From NCBI RefSeq assembly GCF_009914755.1, contig NC_060927.1: 64,000 bases of DNA; one strand, written 5' to 3'. Below are positions 56,611-64,000 of this stretch, one piece after another; position 1 is the first letter of the stretch; each line of letters opens with the position of its first letter. This stretch comes from the human T2T-CHM13v2.0 reference genome, Homo sapiens. A program made the translations under genes and the position numbers. Below the pieces are notes generated by a model. It was given only the letters and a program-made list of their open reading frames with translations. It was not told the origin of the DNA and searched no databases.

Positions 56611-58059
56611 AAAGCATTTAGTTTTATAATAAAAAAGGCTAGGCAAATAATTGAGTGGAGGTTGGGAGGTTTAAGAGATTCCATTAAAGAAGAAGGTGAA
56701 ATAAGGGGGAGAGATGAGATCAGATGAAGTTCAGATTTAGCAAACATTGAGTATTACATAAGCCAGGCACTGTGCTAAGTCTGTTGGGTGATAGAGCAGA
56801 AGAGGTTCTAAAAGATATGCTGTTTTTCCATCCTTTGCTTGATGATTTGGACTTTGAGTAGAAAGGACAGTTTTATCCTCTTGATGTACAGAATTACAGA
56901 ATGAATTCTTTGAAAAGGAGTAGGAAAGCAGATCAGTCAGCTTTTGCTTAGTATGATTTATTCCTCTTTTAAAGTGTAATTTCTGTTTCTACCTAGTTTC
57001 AAGTAAGTTTTGAGGCATGTAGGGCTCTGCCACATGATGCCAGCCTTGTCCTGGGGTATAACTTTTTTATGGATCATAAAGGAGCCTGGTTAAAGTTTGG
57101 AACTATTATAGACTGGGAGAATAGGCATCTCAATAATATCCCTTTATACCTTACTGCTTATTATTTAAGGTTAGGATAATTGGGTAAACATTCACCATTC
57201 ACATTTTATTAGCTGGTAACTACGCTTTCTCATTTATTCCAGAGAATAAGGACAGTCCTTCCTTTCGCCCAATTTTACTTGTTTTTCTAAATTTTATTTC
57301 TTTAGCTTAGCATTGCTTACAGGGCTTAATTAAGTTTTGTTTCATACTGTTCTGGAGCTATACTAGTGGATTACCCAATGAAATTTTTTTTCCTATGTGG
57401 TAAATTGTTCAAACACTTACCAAATAAACAGCTAACTTGGGTAATACTTTATGACAATGTGTAGCTGCATGGCAGTGTGCTTTTACTATCAATACTCAGT
57501 TCTGGTTTTATCATATTATTCTTAATAAATAGTAACAACCAAGTTATTTGGTTTAGGGAGAAAATCTGCCATGAGGTATCTTTGTGTCTGTGGCACACAG
57601 CCACACTGTTTATGCCATTATGAACCTGCAAAGCTCACTGTGTCTGCAGTGAAAGCTGCAGATGAAATCTGATAGGATCTCTTGGCATTTTCACTTCTAC
57701 GATTATACATTGAATATAGGGATGAATTAAGCCCTTTGTATTGTTGAGCTGTGATTAAGATTACTGGATAGCTTAAGTATTTTCTCTTTTTGTCCACATA
57801 CCCAGTAACTTGGGTCAAAATTATTAATCCATTAGAGTGTATGCAGTAACTTTTTTTCTTTTGTAGTGTTGTGACCTTTAATGATGGAGCATTTCATAGA
57901 TGTGCTAAATGAAGGTTAATAACGGTGAAAATTTATTATATTGATTAGCTACTTATATATTAACACTTAAGGTTTAATTTTATTTAAATTTTATTTTTCT
58001 TAGGCTGTCTGTAAAATCTTCTCATTTAAAATTTAGCTTCTGTGGATAACTGTTTACTC

Positions 58060-58860
58060 ATTGCCCCATATGAATATTTAATAGGCACTTCAACAAGTCC
58101 AAAACAACTTCTGCTTCCCCTCCCAAATCTGCTTCACCCAGTCTTTTTCATTTCAGTTAATAGCAAATCTGTCTTTCCATTTAGGAGTCATTGATTCCTT
58201 TTTCTCTCTCACTCTACGTTCATTCTGTCATCAAATCGTTTTTGTCCTACCTTCAGAATACATCTAGAGTCTAATCACTTCCCACTTTCTCCATTGTTAC
58301 TATTATGGTCCAAGCCGTCTTCATATCTTGCTTGAGTTATTGCCACACCCTCCCAACAGGTCTCCCTTCTTCCATCCTTCCTTCTATATAGTCTATTCTT
58401 AATATGACAGCCAGAATGATCTTTTAAACATGAAAGTGAGATCATATTACTCCTTGTGTTCCCATTACAATGGCCTTTGAGAGTGATCAGGGCCCCCTTT
58501 GTCTCTCTGACCTTATTGCTTATTCTCTTGATCACTCTGCTGCCGCTACGCTGGCCTCTTCCCTGTCCCTCAAATGTGCCAGACATGCTTCCATCTTAGG
58601 GTCTCTGCACTGGCTATTTCCTCAAATGTCATCTCGGTGAGGCTAACCCTGATCACCCTACCTCAATACACCCAATTATTTTTACTCCGCTTTTTCTTTC
58701 CGTAGGAGTTAACACCTCCTAACATTTACTTCTATCAGTTTCTTATGATTAACTGTGTTGTGTATTCCCTCCCATTAGAATGTGAATATCTGAAAGACAC
58801 TTACAGTTTGAAAAGTGCCTGGAACGTAGTAAATGTTCAATAAATTGCACTTCATTGATA
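58060..58860 (+). mobile_element. L2 3' fragment
   Basis: ggtccaagcc..acagccagaatgatcttttaaac..agtgcctggaacgtagtaaatgttcaataaat. Confidence 0.82.
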
Positions 58861-58964
58861 TTTATTGGCAACATAACATTATTACCACTCCTCAGAAGCC
58901 TGCCACATCTTCCCTATCATTTATACCTCTCCCCAAGCCTGATGTTTTTGTTTCTTGTCTTAAT

Positions 58965-59268
58965 ATAGAGACAAGGTCTTACTTTCACCCAGGCTGGAGC
59001 TCAGTGGCATGATCATAGCTCACTGCAACCTGTATCTTTTGTGCTCAAGCTATCCTGCTGCCTCAGCCTCTCAAGTAGCTGAGACTACAGGATTGGGCTA
59101 ACACACCTAGCTAAATTTTTATTTTTATTTTTTTGTAGAGATGGAGTCTTGCTGTGTTGCCCAGGCTGGTCTTGAAACTCATGACCTCCTGCCTTGACCT
59201 CCCAAATGATCCTCCTGCTTTGACCTCCCAAAGCACTGGGATTATAGGCATGAATCATCAAGCCTGGC
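58965..59268 (-). mobile_element. Alu (AluJ-type) with an internal ~25-bp tandem duplication
   Basis: Antisense dimer; duplicated unit at 59181-59231. Confidence 0.9.
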
Positions 59269-59804
59269 CAAGTCTGATGGTTTTTAAAGTTGTTTTTAGT
59301 ATGATTGAATATGATTCTCATACAAATAAAGGTCTGCTGTATAGTAGTAATCTGTTGCATAGAACTTTGTTCTTCAGGTGAGGTGTGAGTCACATCCTTT
59401 TATCTTGTTTGTTTTTTTTCCCCGCCCCCCGCCCCCCCAGTATAGTCATGAGCAGTCCACAAAGCCAAAATATACATTGAAACAGAAAGACTATTTGTTA
59501 AATTTATGGAAATATGTTTTAAATTGTTTCTACAATCTTCTTTGCTTCTAAGAATTCAAATGTCACAGGAATAAAAGCTTTCACCATTTTACCAGAATCT
59601 GTAGGATTTAGATGATGGTCATTTTATTCTGTTGACAGTATGGAGCACTTTGCAGATGGATATCAGGTTAATTGTTATATTGAAAAGTGAAGGAGTACAT
59701 TCTACTAACAGTCTTTCTGCTGAGAAAAATCTAATTATTGCCATTAAGGTGGCATTAAGTTAGTAAATTGGGTAAATAAACAGTTAAAATCCCCAAATTT
59801 CTTA

Positions 59805-60258
<454 letters not shown>

Positions 60259-61089
60259 TTAAGCACTATTCACCTGCTGCACTAGAGCCAGCAATATGGA
60301 CAAACAATACTACTACTAATACCATTATTTGTTAGGCACTTATGAGGTAGCAGGTCTCATGCTTCATCTTTTATGCTCCCAGCAGTTCTGTAATGGCAGA
60401 GAATAGCATTTTGTTTTTCTAAATACATTCAATCTCTGAGCCTCAGTGTTCCCCTCAGACCTCTCAGATCCTGGGCCCTTTACCCTACATTTTATGGCCC
60501 GCTTCCCTTTCTGCTTCTTTCTGATCATTTTATTTTGTATTTGATGTTCTGAGTTTTCTCTAAAGAACAACATATATTCGTTTTAGATTAATGGCTTTAA
60601 GAAAATCATTTATTGTTAAGAATAGTACAGTTTTGTGGCTCAGCAAAAAATAATTCTACTGTTCAGCCATAATCATTTTGGCAAGTTTACAGCCTTTTTC
60701 TCAAGCGTTGGTTAGATTAACTGAACTTCTGAATACCTTTGTGGTATTTTAAAAATCTGAAATCACTTGTCTACAAATAGTATTTCTTTTTTTTTTTTTG
60801 GCCTTAAAGTTTTAATAATGAAATTTTTCTATGTAGTCCTCTTTAAAATATTTAAGTATAGTAGGAAGCAGCAGAGTTTGTTCCACCTAATGTCAATTCA
60901 GAGAACATTTTACATTTTATATTAAAATTATGATGCCTTAGGATCGTTCTTTTACCTGTGTATTTATTCATTTTCACACTCGGGAGTTTTAGTTGCCACT
61001 CCATATCAGTGGCACAGCCATGATGATTTTTCCCTTGTCCAATCATGAAGGTTTAAAAAAACCTGTACAGTTTTTAGTCTCTTATTATG

Positions 61090-61148
61090 ATATCAATTAA
61101 GGTGATTTTATAGGAAGAATATCAATTAAGGGTGATTTTATAGGAAGA
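61090..61148. repeat. 29/30-bp tandem duplication
   Basis: atatcaattaaggtgattttataggaaga followed by atatcaattaagggtgattttataggaaga. Confidence 0.92.
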
Positions 61149-63109
61149 AAAATGTACCCTGCATTTCATTTGGAAAAAAAAAAAAGAATCAACTATTAAA
61201 TGAGGAAATTAAAAAAAAGTTTAGGTTTAAAAAGAAACATACTTAGGAGAAACTTTTAAGCTGCATATGCCTTATGTGAGAATTTTAACCAAGAAAGACT
61301 AAATGATCTTTTATAATTATGTTGTCACCATATGTTTGCAGATTCATATTTGCATACATTATTTATATATAAAGATAGATTAGTGTCTAGCTTTATGTGC
61401 ATTCCATTTTGTAATACACATTCTTTTAGCAGGTTATGTATGTCTTCATGCAGTTGACTTTTCTGTATTTGTGTGCTTTAGCCTCCTTAATGAAGATTTT
61501 TACAGTCAAAGTGGAAGAGGGCCAACTTTTTATTGTTAGTACAGCAACATAATTAACTATACAAGGTTTGTTTATTATAGCTGAGTACTAGAACAATGCT
61601 TCAAAGAGGAAAACGTACAGAGAAGATTAGTAAATAACATAGCAATGTGTGAGGCTGGCCAATTGTAATAATGCCTTTATTGGGTGGTTCTTGAATTTGT
61701 AAGCACATGCTTACATTTTTCAGATAATAGGAATGAAAATGTGTAATTTTAATTGCTATTTCTGTTGCATTTTTATAAGAAAATAATGGAAACTTTGCTT
61801 GGATGAATGATTGTATTGGAGAAATGTTTTGTATACTTTGGTTCTGAAATACTTTGAGCTCTTTTATACAAATGAATAGTGTTAGGTAAGACTCCAAGGT
61901 ACAAATTGTATTACTGCTGAATCAGATCTGAAGAACAGTGATAAATTGCAATGATTTATTTAATTATAGAATAAAAATTTGCAGTCGGGTTAATACCATG
62001 CAGCTGATTTAGAGCTTTGTTCATCCCACATTTTCTGGGAAGGTCCTGATTTCAGATACTCCTTATTTTCTTCTTATGTAAATACATTTAGAAATGAGAA
62101 TATCCTTTGGGCTTATTACGGTCTAGTAAATGTCATTAACCAATATTTTAGGTACTGTGGAGATACAAAAAAGATGAGATAGTGGAAAGATGTTGAGATT
62201 GTAACCATTTACATAAAAATGGGAGGGTCATAGGAAAAAACTCCATAGAGCACTTACTGTCTGATAAAAGAGGGTATATAATTGATAAGTTTTACAATGT
62301 TTGAAAGAAGATGCAAAGAAAATATTGAGTTCTCATATGTGGTAAACATTATGCTGAATATTGTCATATTCTCATTTATTTAAATTTCACATCACCCTCA
62401 TTTTATAGTTGGGGTGACTGAATCTCAGAGAGTTTACATTGTTGAAGGTCATACAAAGCCAAAATTCAAATCCTAACTGTAAATCTTATTTTCTTTCTAT
62501 TAAATCATTATAAATGAATGGAAACCCTTAAAGGATATAATTCTTTCAAATTGACTGAATTGACACAAAATATTGGATATCTTTATTTAAATACTACAAC
62601 TAAACTTAATAAAATATCACAGGCCGTATTTAGATCTTAAATTTATTCAGGTAGTAAGGGACCTTTGATATCCATAGTAATAGCATGAATAATTGAAGCC
62701 ATCAAAGTAATAAGCCAATTTTGTTTAGTAATAATATATTAGAGTAGAATTTTACAGTTTTAAAGGGCACCATCATATCTGTTATCTTAGCATCTTAAAC
62801 CTTTTATGAGGTCTACCAAATAATTGGTTTTGTTTCCTCTTGACCTTTGTAAAATGAAGAAAAACCATGCCTCTTTGAGTTCATAAACTGTGTTTTGCAT
62901 ATTTACACACATACATCTTTTATCCTCCCACCAATTATTTGACCTGAGGTTGAACACTTAATGGATAAGTAGGTGGATAAAATGATAAGTAAAATAACAC
63001 ATTTAAAAAGGAGAAGCAGGAGACTTCAGGTGAATAGCTACCCATAAGTTGTTGAAAATAATCAATATTTATATTTATTGGCATCCAGTCAATAAATATA
63101 TATGAGCTA

Positions 63110-63715
63110 GTCTTGTTCTATCACCCAAGCTGGCATGCAGTGGTGTGATCATGGCTCGCCGAAGCCTCCACATCCTGGGCTCAAGTGGGGCTCAAGTGAT
63201 CCTTCCACCTCAGCCTCCCAAGTAGTTGGGACTACAGGTGTATGCCACCATGCGTGGCTAATTTTTTTTTTTTTTTCGAGATGGAGTCTCGCTCTGTCGC
63301 CCAGGCTGGAGTGCAGTGGCGCAATCTCGGCTCACTGCAAGCTCCGCCTCCCAGGTTCACGCCATTGACCTGCCTCAGCCTCCTGAGTAGCTGGGACTAC
63401 AGGCGCCCGCCACCATGCCTGGCTAATTTTTTTTTTTTTTTTTTTTTGTATTTTTAGTAGACACGGGGTTTCAGTATGTTGGCCAGGATGGTCTTGATCT
63501 CCTGACCTCATGATCCGCCCACCTCAGCCTCCCAAAGTTCTGGGATTACAGGCATGAGCCACTGTGCCCGGCCATGCCTGGCTAATTTTTTTAAAATTTT
63601 TTGTAGAGATGGGGGCCTTTCCATGTCGACCAAACTGTTGTTAAATTCCTGGGCTCAAACAGTCCTCCTGCCTCAGCCTCCCAGAGTGCTGGGCTTATAG
63701 CCACTGCACCTGACC
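63110..63715 (-). mobile_element. Younger Alu (AluY/Sc-like, ~63262-63573) inserted into the A-rich linker of an AluJ
   Basis: caagctccgcctcccaggttcacgccatt diagnostic of the Y lineage; TSD atgcgtggctaattt / atgcctggctaattt. Confidence 0.92.
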
Positions 63716-64000
63716 AGTAAAGATATTTTGAGCTTTGAGTAGTACCTGGTTATTATCGGTTAAAAATGAAACATTTTATAAGTCTTTTGTTCTATTGAAA
63801 AACCACAGTGGAATATGTGTGTCTTCCCCAAGAATTATGACAAAGCATGTGGATCATTGCCTGGCATATAGTAGGTATTTGGTTATTTATTAAGTAAATT
63901 AAAAACCACAATGTAGACTTTCTGGACTTAAAAAGAAAAAAATAGAGACGGAGTCATGCTGTGTGGCCAGGCTGGTCTCCTGAGCTCAAGGGTTCTTCTT

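Noticed and set aside
61331-61356. Octamer ATTTGCAT in a context resembling an snRNA distal element
   Set aside because: No PSE or snRNA-like sequence recognised nearby.

Overview
Primate (almost certainly human) genomic DNA containing the 5' end of UBE2E2, a class III ubiquitin-conjugating enzyme, on the + strand. The CpG-island promoter lies at ~19.5-21.0 kb, with two candidate first-exon donors (after 20299 and after 20502). Coding exon 2 is 25730-25913 (ATG at 25738, [10 protein letters not shown]...TSAKR) and the 51-nt exon 3 is 34300-34350 (IQKELAEITLDPPPNCS). The first ~30 kb of a long intron 3 follows and runs off the window. The rest is mostly interspersed repeats: Alu, L1, L2, L3/CR1, MIR, ERVL/MaLR LTRs, and hAT, Tigger and Ricksha DNA transposons. 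Almost all other track ORFs are repeat-derived or chance. Most notable observations: (1) a spliced +1-frame ORF from an ATG at 20081 stays open through exon 1a, exon 2 and exon 3 (at least 151 codons) and overlaps the UBE2E2 CDS, and the choice of first-exon donor decides whether it becomes an overlapping ORF or a uORF stopping 1 nt before the main ATG; (2) a ~99% identical, non-tandem 241-bp local duplication with a fold-back junction; (3) a frame-symmetric 51-nt exon that ends in a recursive-splice-like AG|GT, plus several AG|GT candidates in intron 3; (4) a Ricksha (MULE) element with both TIRs and a transposase remnant. No prokaryotic-type system (CRISPR, operon, RNA genes) is evident. Repeat subfamily names were recognised by eye and repeat boundaries are approximate.
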